From assembly GCF_963676685.1 (NCBI RefSeq), contig NC_092357.1, positions 38,316,001-38,380,000 on the forward strand: a stretch of DNA of 64,000 nt, written 5' to 3'. The DNA comes from Mytilus edulis (taxonomy: Eukaryota). The notes beneath the pieces are model-generated. The model was not told where the DNA came from. It made no database searches and saw only the letters and a list, made by a program, of their open reading frames with translations. Positions 52,301 through 64,000 of the stretch are shown one piece after another (within the stretch, counting starts at the first letter, position 1; every line of letters begins with the position of its first letter). Made by a program: the position numbers and the translations under genes.

Positions 52301-53714
52301 TAAGTACATTGATATACAAAAAATGAAAAATGTACTGTGGATTTATTTCTATTCTGGGAATATCAATTTTCGTGGAATTTGTGGGTATATGTTTACCACG
52401 AATTCAAGTGTTCAACATAATACAAATGTTCTATAGGCGTGTATTCATACTTTTGCAAAACCACGAAATTAAATAATCACAAGAATGCAATGTTTACTGA
52501 ATCTATGAAAATTAATACCCATGAAAAAAATGAATCCATAGTAACAGAAAAAAAATCAGCCATGTAAAACAGGATGTTATTATACTGATTAACAGTAAGA
52601 AATTCAATGTACTAATGAATCCAACACCATTTACTTATTTCCCAAACAGTTGCACTTTTAATGCATTGCCATAAATCTGTTCTAGTGAAGGCAGCTATCA
52701 TATTGTATATATCATACAATTTCTTGCAAATTTGTATATCTAATTCCCAAAATGAAATTTCAGAAAAAACAAAAAAATAATATAAATTCATAATAATGTA
52801 AGGAAGGTTACAAATGTACATGAACTTTGAAATTTTTCAGTGTACCTCACGAGTACATGTATTCAACATAAGATTTTATAGCAAAACAAAAATCTGACAG
52901 ATCTTGGTATCAAGGATACTCAAAGATTTATATTACGTACACAACAGCCCGGGTGAATTTTGCTTTTTCCACCTTGGACAGCCCACCTGTTCCCACTCCA
53001 GCTATAATCTCTTTTTCTGTAAAAATATTGATTACAAATGCTTATCTGCTTTTTTCAATTGATTGTACTTGCAAGCCTTTTTATTAACCAAAGAAATTGT
53101 ATGCCCACTCCTATGGTGTGCAGAGTGGACAAGTTAGAAATTTTGCCCACCCAGTGCCCACTCCCACCCTGGACGGGTGGTCACAACAAAATCCACCTGA
53201 GCTGTATTAAGCTGGAGTTAGCCAATGTTGTCCAGTGACCAATATTTCCAAAGAAAAATCTAGACACTTCAGTTAAAAAAATACATTGTATTGTACAAAT
53301 AATAACTACAAAATGTATATGTTCATGTATATATGCAACGACAAGTATTCTTCGGTATTCAGTAATTCTGACATTTTGTTGTACAATTAAAAAAGAGGAA
53401 GAAGAAAGACAGATTGGCAAGTTTTCCCCCCATTCTTTATCAAGTTGTCAATGCATACTACAATGCTACAGTACCAAATTGCACCTATTGAACAAACATA
53501 CAATGTAGCTGTGTAAATCTTACAAGTTTTCATTGAGACTAAACATTTGGTATTTTTATGATTTGAAAAAAAAAACATCGAAATAATTCCAATGACTTTG
53601 TAATGTAATCATTTTCAATGACTCTTCATCACTCCATATATCTGATGGACAGATCCAATTATAGGGTCAATTAATCTACTTACCACATTCGTTTATGTTT
53701 TTATTCGTGGCCAT
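46319..53714 (-). CDS. C7orf57: C7orf57-like protein, multi-exon
   Basis: Exons 53714-53684, (53016-52987, tentative), 51831-51646, 50849-50726, 50406-50089, 49028-48807, 46989-46897, 46403-46319 join in frame. Motifs WFYHAP, SQIPGL, ETDSKYIRLAKQGGR, PEYMVHEE, MSKILGYEY recalled from the C7orf57 family. Confidence 0.8.
47759..48721. mobile_element. pogo/Tigger-like non-autonomous element (TA target duplication)
   Basis: TA-CAGTTAACTCTCGTTGTCTCGAA ... TTCGACATAGCGAGAGTTGACTG-TA with GAGTCGAA subterminal repeats. Confidence 0.88.
50978..51022 (-). ncRNA. Minimal type I hammerhead ribozyme motif in a C7orf57 intron (sense to the gene)
   Basis: Minus strand: attgtt-CTGATGA-A-GCCTGC cgt GCAGGC-GAAA-CATG-TA-gaccat. 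Perfect 6-bp stem II, palindromic stem III ACATGT, stem I with one mismatch and one G-U pair. Confidence 0.7.
52077..52298. mobile_element. MITE
   Basis: TIRs GGGTCTCATTGGGG / CCCCAATGAGACTCC with internal AGCGTGACACG and AGCGGGA repeats. Confidence 0.75.
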
Positions 53715-54078
53715 AATTTCATGTATTGACCCAAAAAGAACAACAAACAGACCGGAAGTGTACGTATTCACTTAGCAACGACCTTCTAAAGCTAGAAGTT
53801 TAAAAGAAGTATATTTGATTTTTAAAGGACCACTTTGAAAACTTAAATTGAAGAGCATATGAAAACTTGTATTTACTTAATAAAAAAATACATTAGAGTA
53901 CGAACAAACTGGTCTCAAAATTAAAAAAATAAGATTCGTAAATGTCGCACTTCCTTTGTAAAGGTCACGTGATCGTCCAATGTGGTTTCTCTTTCACTTT
54001 AGCAGGCAAAAACTAATTGCCCTAATTACAGTGTTGACACTGCACTTTACTGATTGTTTTGATACTGAAACATGTGGA
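53715..54078. promoter_or_regulatory. Bidirectional promoter region between C7orf57-like and METTL21A
   Basis: Divergent ATGs ~365 bp apart; ETS ACCGGAAGTG 53751-53760, RFX-like half site TAGCAAC 53773-53779, CACTTCC 53948-53954, E-box GTCACGTGAT 53964-53973. Confidence 0.7.
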
Positions 54079-57000
54079 ATGTCTTGTCAACAGCCTTCCA
54101 CAGCCGTAGTTGTATACGATGAGAGCAAATTGTCACCATTGGTTAAAACGTCCAGGACTTTCAATTTTGCCAAGACAGAACTTGTGATAAAACAGGACTG
54201 GGGAAATTTAGGAGTTGCAGCAGTTGTATGGGATGCTGTAAGCTATTCACATGATAAACGATTATATATATTTTTGATTTGTCATACAGAATAATGCATT
54301 AATTATGAAATAGGTGTTATCTATGAGGGGGGATAGGAGGGGTCTTGATCCCGAAATCCCGGACTTGAAAAAACGAAATCCCGAGGTCCAGAATTTAAAT
54401 AAAGCAAATCCCGACATCCCGAAATCCGGAAAAAAGGATTCCCGAATCCCGAAAAGGTCAATACCGAAATCCCGAGCTTAAAAACACCCGATCCCGGAGT
54501 CCCGATAAAGGTCCTATCCCCCCTCATCTATGATGATCAGTCAAGGATATAACACTTAGTATAGAGAAAAATAACATATATGTGTTATTGTCGACTTATT
54601 AAATAAAAATGAAAGAACTTTGGTCCCATTTAGCATTGTTCAGGGTTTTGTGTCAATGCTTTCAACTATATGTCCCCATTCAAATTCATTGATTGTCCAA
54701 AAAAAAAAGGAGGGGTTCACACCCCCAGAACCCTCCCCCTGGATCCGCCACTGCTAATATAGAAGATGAAGGTCTTAAACATGTTATAGACATGTACTTT
54801 AACCTATAATGGTTTACTTTTTAAATTGTTATTTGTATGGAGAGTTGTCTCATTGGCACTCACACCACATCTTCCTATATCTATATATATTTAATTTGCT
54901 AAATAAGCTCTTTTATAATTTATTCTAGATCTGTCTCTGAATATTAAACATGTTAAACCTTCCCCTTTTTAATTATGACATTTTTATTCTCTGACGTAGG
55001 ATATAAAATTCAACTTTTAAATATTTAACCCTGCTTTTTCAAACAGTATACATGGAACAATGAAGTATCAGAAACATTTTAATATACAAGATTGCTATTT
55101 TCTAATCATGCTAATTAAAAAGTTGCAATTCAAAAGAACTTAATCCAAAATTGAGGTGTCATAATTTTGAGTTTTATCAAGTTGCCTAATTGAATGAATA
55201 TTAATATGATTACCCAAGGTAATTAACACAGTACACAAGGGGAACTTATAATTATTTCAATCTGACAGTACAAATATCATTTTAATAAATATTTTTGAAA
55301 GTGTTGCAATTAATCATAATTTTTTTTTATATTTTAAAAACATAAAACAATAAATATCCAGCCATGAAAATCTGACTGTTTAAAACTTTATACATTAAGA
55401 ATCTCTACAGATAAAAATATTTGCATATTTGCATTTAAAAACAGTTTTTCACGGTTAATATAATTCCAAATAGATATATATCATTGTATACTATATATCA
55501 GGTATATGGAAGATAGACAACAAAAAATATTTTCTGTGAAAAAAGCAAGCTTTAATAACAATTTTCAAAAATAATATTTTTAAATGAAAATGAATCAAAA
55601 CATTATCAATAGTTCTTACCCAGTTTGAAAAACACGTCAGTGTAATAAAATTGTCTGAAAGAAAGAAACAATAATCACTAAAGACTTTAAAGAGCCTGTT
55701 TTGCTTACCTAGGTTAAATAGATCTATTTGCATCTTCAACAATTGGCACTGTCCAACATTTACAAATTTCCTCTTACATGTAGATTAACAGAAGTCAGAG
55801 TGATCTTTGAAACTGATAAGGTGTGGCCTTAAATGTGGTCCAACTAGAGTCTTTCAGGGTGGTTCAATTTGATGTTCACACAATGACACATGTCAGTTGT
55901 TGTTCACAATACTTGAATAAGTCGGAATGTTTTAAATTGATGAAAATTGTTTGACATGTCCTGAATGATACGCCATGTTTTTATTAGGTAGTTTTGCAGA
56001 TTATTAATTAAGGTCTTTCCTCTACGCGAGGAAAGACCTTATTGTTTTTCTAATGTTTTTTTTTTTTTTTCTCTTTTTTTTCTTCCAGCATTTTTTTGGC
56101 AAGCCCTCCTACCGCTTCTATTGCAGTTATCAATACAAAATTTGAACCATCGATAGACCTCATCATGAAGTTTTACCAGATGAACTTTTGTAGGATTTCA
56201 TCATCCCCTTGAGAAGTTATCTCCCTTTTATTGATTTTTTTCAACATGGCCCCCCCTCGTTGTTTTTAAAGATATCATGACTTTATTTGGACAATAGGTA
56301 GATCTAATCATTTTGTATTACCATATGAGGCTGCATAGGATTTCATCATCCCCTATGAGAGTTATATCCCCTTGAAGTAATTTCTTTCCTTTGCATTTTT
56401 CTCAAAAAGTATTAAAGATAGAATCGATTTGAAAACGGCAACATGTACAGGAACAGATGGCAATGTTTATAAACATAAACAATTAATTTGTTACCAAGCC
56501 TTATAAGGAGTTATTTTTTGGTTCATCTTTTCTTAGGTCCCAGTTGTCCTAATAAGGTGTATTATTTTGAAAGGCACACTTGAGCTTGTGTTTTGAAGCC
56601 TATAATTTGCAATACATACATGTGTCTACTTTGAAATTAAATTTTAATAGAGTTGAAATTGGAATACCTAGGATGAGCATGTTTTTGGGACAAATGAATC
56701 CATAACTATTTTGACTGATTATATTTACTTTTACAGATTTAGCTGTTCAAAAAAATATCAGTAAATAAAAATTCAATGATTAGCTATTTTTTGTTTCTTT
56801 TCATTTATGAAATACAGTTGTGTAAAATTGTTCGTATCATGGCCAAACCCAATATAAACATGATAAAAGCTGTTAACAGTCACCCTACCAATTTATTGGA
56901 AAGCTACATACTTTTACTCCAGCTTACGTAGCGAATCAATGTAAAATAACATAATTTTTCCCTATTATTCTGTACATAAATTAGGTCATTAGTTTACTTT

Positions 57001-59176
57001 TGTAATTTCAGGGCTTAGCTCATTGTTGAAAGTCATACAGCATGACGTACAGTGACTTAAAGTTGTTAATTTCTCTTTCATTTGGTCTTTTGTGGAGAGT
57101 TGTCTCATTGGCAATCAAGTATATGTCTTTCAATCTATCCATGTACTATAAATGTATCTTGTAAGGCCAAATAAAAATATATGTGTGGTTCCAGTAACCC
57201 TACCATCTCTACTTTTTGGCTTAAAAATAGCCTACCCTAAAGATTTTATTGTCATTTTTCATTAAGCACTGTTAAAGTCAGAACGTTGCTCCCATAGACT
57301 CAATGTAAAAAAAAAACATAAAATAAAAAAAAAATCCCTACCTACCTACCCTAACTTTTTTTGAAATGTAACTGGAACCACACATACTTTTTTATGTGGC
57401 CTAAAATATTGGAACATTGAAAAAATCTAAGAAAAGAGTTGAACATGGCTTTAATTTCATTTGCAGGCAATAGTTCTTTGTGAGTTCATAGAAAAGTATA
57501 AAGAAGAATTCAAAAACAAAGAAGTTATAGAACTTGGAGCAGGATCAGGGATTGTTGGCATTGTAGCAGCATTGATTGGTAAGAGTTTATATATTTAACT
57601 AGAGGCATTTAGGGGTGGGGCAGGGGGGGCAGTGGTTTAGTTTCTTTGTTGAATAAATGAGATGAAATGCTGAACTCTATTAAAAGATTATGAGCTAACC
57701 TGAGAAAAACTGTTTAAGGAATTTTTTCATATCCCAAAACCTGCTAAGTTTAAGGATTGTATAATAGAAAATAAAAATTACTTGTACAAATAAATTTTGT
57801 AAGAAAATAAGGGGAGATTATTCAAACCTTCTAAGAAAATATATCAATACAACACTTTACCTGTATATAAAGTATATTATTATTTACTTCTTCAAGTAAA
57901 TAATAATAACTTGTACAAGTAGTTCCCCTGACTGACTTAAGCCATTTAAATTGTGGTTTGAATGCTTATGAAATAAATATATATCCACCTGTAACTAAAG
58001 GTAAACATGGTAATGGGTGTAAACAATACATGTGCAGATCCCTTTAACTCCTTACAGACCCACAACACTTTTGACTTCATTGTTAAATACTTGATAAATC
58101 TAAAAAGTCTAGATATAACAAGAATGTGTCCAAAGTATATGGATGCCCCACTTGCACTATCCTTTTCCATGTTCCATGGACTGTGAAATTGGGTAATACT
58201 AATAATCTAATTTGGCATTTAAATTAGAAAGATTATACTATAGGGAACATATGTACTAAGTTTCAAGTTGATTGGACTTCAATTTCATCAAAAAATACCT
58301 TGACCAAAAACTTTAACCTGAAACTCCCCCTTTTATTTTCTATGTTCAGTGGACCGTGAAATTCAAAAGTCTAATTTGGCTTCAAAATTAGAAAGATCAT
58401 ATCATAAGGAACACATGTGTACTAAGTTTCAAGTTGATTGGACTTCAGCTTCATCAAAAACTACCTTGACCAAAAACTTTAACCTGAACGGACGGACAGA
58501 CGGACAGACGAACGGAGGAACGGACGCAAGAACGGAGCCACAGACCAGAAAACATAATGCCCCTCTACTATCGTAGGTGGGGCATAGAAAGAAGATGTGG
58601 TATGATTGGTAATGAGGCAACTCTCCACAAGAGACCAAAATGACACAAAAAATTTAAGTTTGCTCTTTTCAAGTTTTGTCAGCGTGGTCAGTGGAGCACT
58701 TGTCTGCAAAGTAATTGTTCAATAACTATAATGATCTATAATCATGACAATGTAAATAATACAAAACGCTTTTAATTTTAGGAGCCAATGTTGTGATCAC
58801 AGACAGGGAGCAAGTCTATCCCTACCTAAAACGTGTTTTAAAGGATAATCTGAAAGACAAAGAAAATGTCAAATATTCAGTGAAAATCTTAGACTGGACA
58901 AGAGACCTTCATAAAATTCCTCAGAAGTACGATATAATTCTAGGTGCTGATGTCATTTATGTGGAGGAAGTGTTTGATGCTTTGTTAGCGACACTACAAC
59001 ATCTCAGCCATGATGAGACAAAAATATATTTGTCGTGTAAAATACGATATGATCGAGACACAAGATTTTTAGACATGGTACAGAAACACTTTACGCTCCA
59101 AGAAGTCTTGCATGACAAGGATAAAGATATTAAGATTTTCTTATGTAAAAAAATAAAAATAAAAATATTGAGCTAA
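54079..59176 (+). CDS. METTL21A: Protein-lysine N-methyltransferase METTL21A-like, ~221 aa, 3 coding exons
   Basis: Exons 54079-54237, 57467-57578, 58782-59176 in frame; motifs IKQDWGNLGVAAVVWDAAIVL, VIELGAGSGIVGI, VVITDR, LDW, YDIILGADVIY, CKIRYDRD. An in-frame upstream ATG at 53980 is an alternative start. Confidence 0.92.
54323..54527. mobile_element. MITE with internal CCGAAATCCC repeats
   Basis: TIRs ATGAGGGGGGATAGGA / TCCTATCCCCCCTCAT. Confidence 0.8.
57165..57401. mobile_element. PIF/Harbinger-type MITE (TAA target duplication)
   Basis: TAA-GGCCAAATAAAAATATATGTGTGGTTCCAGT ... ACTGGAACCACACATACTTTTTTATGTGGCC-TAA. Confidence 0.85.
58117..58588 (+). repeat. Second Helentron-associated satellite cassette (about two monomers)
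   Basis: Same architecture and sequence family as 38689-39298, with a longer GGAC/AGAC microsatellite. Confidence 0.85.
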
Positions 59177-60498
59177 ATGTCATAAATGTGTTATATATAG
59201 ATATAAGACGATGTGTTATGAGTGCCAATGAGACAACTATCCATAAAAGTCACAATTTATAAAAGTAAAACATTATAGGTCAAATTTTGGTCTTCAACTC
59301 AGAGTACAGGATAGTTGACTTATTAAATGTAGGCTTGTACAACTTGCTATTCAAATACTGATGCTCAACAGAACATTGAAAATCCTTACAATAGTCACAT
59401 ATCATGCATATTCCTGTTTTACTTCTTGTACTTTGAATGACAATTTGATTTTATTAAGTAAAAGTACAAATTGCTCTAGAAGATTGACAAGTACATGTAC
59501 ATGAAGCAATAATATACTGGAAAAATGAACACTTCAATCTTGCAACGTGCACAAGGCTTGCACATTTTATATTTGTAAATGAGCATATTCTGTGAGATGA
59601 ATGCTGCAAGATTCACCAATTTTCCATCATGAATAATAAATGTGTGGTACACTTATTAATATAAAGACAGAATTCTGCACAATTGAAAATAACACAAAAA
59701 GGCATTCAGAGGTCTGAAGGTTTTTCCGTATTTTATGTAATTAAAGTTAATGCTTGCCAATTCTTATCTGAGTACAAAAGGGCATTAAAATTCTTATAAG
59801 TCCATGTAATCAAAAAAACAAACTAAAAATGAAGAAAAAACTACCTATAACACATACCTTTGAAGCCTTCATCACAGATTACATGTATTTGTATTTTCCA
59901 TCTGTTTGGATAATAATGTTGAGCCTGGTACTTTCTTTTGTAGCTCCAATGTGCATTGACGGGTTGTTTAAATTCACAGCACTCTTTTTCAAACTTTTTG
60001 TTAATATAAGATAAGGATCTACAACTTAAATATCTATAAATGCATTTTGTGCTCTATCCTATTGAGGTGTTCTTTATTTGAGTTCAAATAAGCCACTGGT
60101 AATTTACACTGCATTGTATTAGTTTTCATCATTTCGCTCATTTAATGGCTACATGTGCATAACACACAGTTTATAAAATTGAGAATGGAATGTGCATAAA
60201 ACACAGTTTATGCAATCTAGAGAATAAATCGAGGTATATAATGTTTATTTCCAGCTGAATCACAAAGAACAAACAGACCTTAAACGAAGATGAGACCTGT
60301 GGGAAAGCACAATTTATGTTGTATGTCAATAAAACCCTCACATTTCATTTCTAACATGTTCAATGTGAACATTGGGAAGTTCTACAGAAAAATTAGACTT
60401 CCTTGTAAAGAAGTCAAATATAACATTTCACAAAACAATTAGGATAAAATATTCTGGTGGACAGTCAAATGCTGTAAATTTGCAGGCTAGACTGAGAA

Positions 60499-63400
60499 TT
60501 ACATGTCAACATCACAACATTCAATAGATTGATTAATAGTGCCTATCAATTCCTCCATCTGCTTTATATGTTGACCATTAACCTCCTCATTATAATTTGC
60601 AAACTCCTCATTTTTCAACATATCTTCTAAAATATATTTTACTCGATGAATATCAAACTGAATACAGTCCTTATTCAACCAATGAGGTGTTGTGAATGTT
60701 TGAGTGATGTCCCCTTTGGTTGATAATCTGGTATCTATATGACTGGTTTCATGTTCATTTTCTACCCTATCAATTGATTTAGTCTGCTGTTTTAATCTTT
60801 CAATCCTTGGAAGAACAATCGTTCTCATGAAATCAAAGAATTCTGGAAAGTTTATTCCTTTGTCAGCTTTCAGCATTATCTGTAAAATAAATATTTCATA
60901 TTTAAAAAGGTGTGTTTTCCTTTGACATATATGAGTTATTTTTCAGATGAAGTGTTTCTGGTTTAAGGGAGGTAATCCAAATTTAATCATTTTCTTTTGT
61001 CTTACTAACATGAAAATGCAGTTAGACAATATTTGTTCATTGTAGGAAATTGGAAAAGGAGAGAAAAGTGAGCTTTTATCCAGTTTGTACAGCAAGTACA
61101 AATACATTTTCAAATATTGATTTTATCTTGTACTTCATAAACATTTACACTTAAATATATTGAGTTTTGTTTTTAAGTTCCGAATCTTTGAATACAGAAA
61201 TTTCTTCTTCTTCTTCTTCGTTATAATTCAGCACTCCATCAACATACTGATGATAACGTGCCGGGCACTGATTTTACTATGCCGCGCGTGCGTGGGATAT
61301 ACATTTTATTTACAGTGAAAAATACAAAAATAAAAATTAAAATTTCAACATTTATAACTTCTTTTTCTTCTGTTTTTGTACTATACATTTTGGTTAAAAC
61401 TATATACATTGTGGAATTTATTAAATGTTAAGATGTTTATTGAGGACAGATATTGGAATCTGTTCTCGGAAGCTTTCAAGAGTAGTACATTGAACTGCAG
61501 CTACTGGGAGAAGGTTCCATTGCAAGATGGTTCTAGGGTAGAATGAGTACTTGTATGAGTCTTTAGTGGTTTGTATGGGTCTGAAAGAGTAAATATGTGA
61601 ATGTTGTCGTGTTCTTGTATCAGATTGTGTAAGTAGGTCTGTCGGATATATGGCAACAAGATGATGTATAATTTTGTAGAGGAAAATGATGCGGGTTCTA
61701 ATTCGCCTTTTCTCAAGTGTTGCCCAATTTAGAGTTTGTAGCATTTCACTGACTGAGCTGGTGTTATGGTATCTGTTGCAGGTGTACCTTGCTGCTCTGC
61801 GCTGGACCATCTCAAGTTGGTGTGTTTGAGATTTGGTGTGTGGGTCCCAGACGCAGCTGCTGTATTCTAGCTTTGGTCTTACTAGTGCAATGTATGCTTT
61901 TTCTTTGACTGTTTTTGAGTTGACTTTTAGATTCCTTTTAATAAAGTTCAGCTTTTGTGTGGCTGCAGCTGTGATATTGTTTACATGTTTGTTCCATTTG
62001 AGATCAGTTTGTATAGTTATTCCCAGGTATTTTGTGGATGTTTCTTTTTGAAGTACATGTTGGTGGAGAGTATAGTCAAAATTTAATGGGTTTTTCTTAG
62101 TTGTTATCTGAAGGACTGAGCACTTGTCTGGATGGAATGACATGAGCCAGTCCTTCTCCCATTTTGCAGCTGATGTGAGATCTTCTTGCAGTTTTTGTGT
62201 GTCTTCTTTGTTTCGTATTGTTTTATAAATTATGCTATCATCTGCAAATAATCTGAGGGTACTGTGTTTGATGTATTCGTTAAAGTCGTTTATGTATACA
62301 AGGAAAAGGATCGGACCCAAAACTGTTCCTTGGGGAACACCAGATGTTACGTTTATTTTGTCTGACTGAACACCATCAATGATCACTGTTTGTGTACGAG
62401 ATGTGAGAAAATCTTCTATCCATTTTAAGGTGTTGTCATCAATGCCATAATGTTTTAGTTTGTAGAGGAGTCTTTTGTGAGGAACTTTGTCAAAGGCTTT
62501 GGCAAAGTCCATCACAATTATGTCCGTTTGGATGTTACTGTTGTTATTTTTTGCTAGTTCTTGGATGAAGGATACTAGTTGGGTTTCGCATGATCTATTT
62601 GCTCGAAATCCGTGTTGAAGGTCGTACAAAATATTGTTATTTTCTAGGTGGTCCATCATACTACTGGCTATTATGTGTTCCATGATCTTACAAAGTATGC
62701 ATGTGAGAGATATGGGTCTATAATTTATTGCGTTGTGTTTATCACCTTTTTTAAAAACAGGACAGACATTTGAATATAACCAGCCACTCACAACAGAAGG
62801 TGGATACTAGGAGACTTTCTATACTACAGATTCATCACTTCATGTTATAAATCTGTCATCTGGAACTTGTATAGCAGAAATGTAGACTGCAGGATAAATA
62901 TGCCTTATAGGTACAAATATGTAAGAAAAGAATGATGTATGTCAAAAGTCAGGATGTTTCTCATATGTATTGTTCATTAGACTTTAAAAATTGGCATAAA
63001 AAAATCTTTTGCTTGATGTATGTTTTAATATGTGATATATAAGATCTCCAACTACTTATTTCTTAATTTTTGGTCTATTACAATTAAAAAAAAAAAATCT
63101 TACTAGGTTACTATATAATTTTTTTTTTGAAGTGGTGATAACCTGATGGAGTAAGAATTTAAAATATATTGTAATGATTTTGCAATTAAGACAAAAACAA
63201 ATACTATGGATTTAATTATTTTCATAGGTACCAATTTTTTGTGGATTGAGGAAAACTTGAATTTTGTAGATGTTTGTTTTTTCCTGGTTTGTCCAAATTC
63301 TGCTTAAATTCCTGAAGAAAACATAATCATTGGACATTGGAATTCATGTTTAAGGTGGTACCCAACACTTTCACTAAAATTAATTTGGCTCGTTTAATTA

Positions 63401-63925
63401 TTATAAAATTTTGACAAAGTATTTACTTTGACCCTTTGACAAAAATATAAAAGTTTCAAAATATTTGAACCAACCCTTTTATCAGAAAAATTACACTGGT
63501 TATATAGGAGTTTGACAGACACTAATTTTGATCACTGAGAAGCTTAATATTCCCTCAACAACACAATGTAATTAAAACGTTTAGCTGATTTGACAGAGTT
63601 ATCTCCCTGTAAAGTTAAGTACCACCTTAACAAGTAATCAAGAAATCCATGAAAATGTGTTCAACAAATAATATTGAATCCACAGTACATGTGCTTTGAA
63701 TGTTTGTTTCTCGTACCAAGTGACTTTGCATATTTCCATCTTGGATTCAGACTGAACCTTTGGTATTACCTGACAATGTTGGTACCAGTCCCCATCTACC
63801 ATTTTAGCATCTTTCACATCTTGAATTTCCTGTTCGACTTCTGTAAGTCCTTGTTTTAGGTAGTTCCAACTTATATCAACATTACAACCATTTAACCAGT
63901 TATGATTTATAGATATAGTATCCTC
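60499..63925 (-). CDS. JMJD4: JmjC-domain oxygenase JMJD4, last two coding exons (gene continues right of the window)
   Basis: Exon 63925-63770 EDTISINHNWLNGCNV..DWYQHCQ joins exon 60879-60499 IMLKADKGINFPEFFDFM, matching the JMJD4 pattern TISINHNW..W..HCQ.IM....GINF.EF; both junctions phase 0, GT-AG. Confidence 0.9.
61202..62775 (-). mobile_element. 5'-truncated non-LTR retrotransposon (CR1/L2-group LINE) with uninterrupted RT ORF 61421-62791
   Basis: NYRPISL, QHGFR, DFAKAFD, SGVPQGTVLGP, LFADD, KYLG motifs without stops; ~200-bp 3' UTR with hairpin CATCAGTATGTTGATG and (GAA)6 tail at 61219-61202; no endonuclease domain present. Confidence 0.92.
63354..63626. mobile_element. MITE with TTAA target duplication (Kolobok-like)
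   Basis: TTAA-GGTGGTACCCAACAC ... GTTAAGTACCACC-TTAA. Confidence 0.8.
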
Positions 63926-64000
63926 CTGGAAATAAACATAACCAAAATCTGTGTCCTTTAGAAAATTTATGATGTTAGATGAACAATTTAATTGATTTTC

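Noticed and set aside
62776-62791. Apparent start of the 456-aa RT ORF as a host gene
   Set aside because: The start is a GTG in flanking intron sequence fused to a 5'-truncated LINE; not a domesticated gene on present evidence.
54079-63925. Functional link between the Met-rich array and the SAM-dependent METTL21A or JMJD4
   Set aside because: Both are broadly conserved housekeeping modifiers; nothing in the sequence ties them to the array beyond proximity.

Overview
AT-rich, intron-containing animal DNA. The repeat content (169-bp satellite inside Helentron-like cassettes, Penelope-derived repeats, many MITEs) suggests a bivalve, probably a mytilid mussel; this is inference. The left 27 kb is a minus-strand tandem array of secreted, extremely methionine-rich proteins. 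Three coding exons are complete (5981-7192, 13715-15016, 23666-24430), and a fourth gene is betrayed by an orphan TATA promoter plus non-coding first exon at 491-575, with its CDS left of the window. Each gene has a conserved ~250-bp promoter, a short 5'-UTR exon, one intron and one coding exon. The proteins read signal peptide / (MGGMGGKGG)n / E,K,M core / (MMKPD-MPMP)n / KKG[VA]Y. They combine motifs recalling scallop abductin and the pearl-oyster ligament Met-rich protein, so the best hypothesis is a family of hinge-ligament or shell-matrix structural proteins. To the right lie an ER FKBP with two EF-hands and a degenerate PPIase site, a C7orf57-like gene head-to-head with METTL21A, and the 3' end of JMJD4 with a young 5'-truncated LINE in its last intron. 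Two minimal hammerhead-ribozyme motifs and many TIR elements (some with empty sites visible in paralogous units) are also present. All exon calls were made by eye from splice signals and reading frame; no database search was run.
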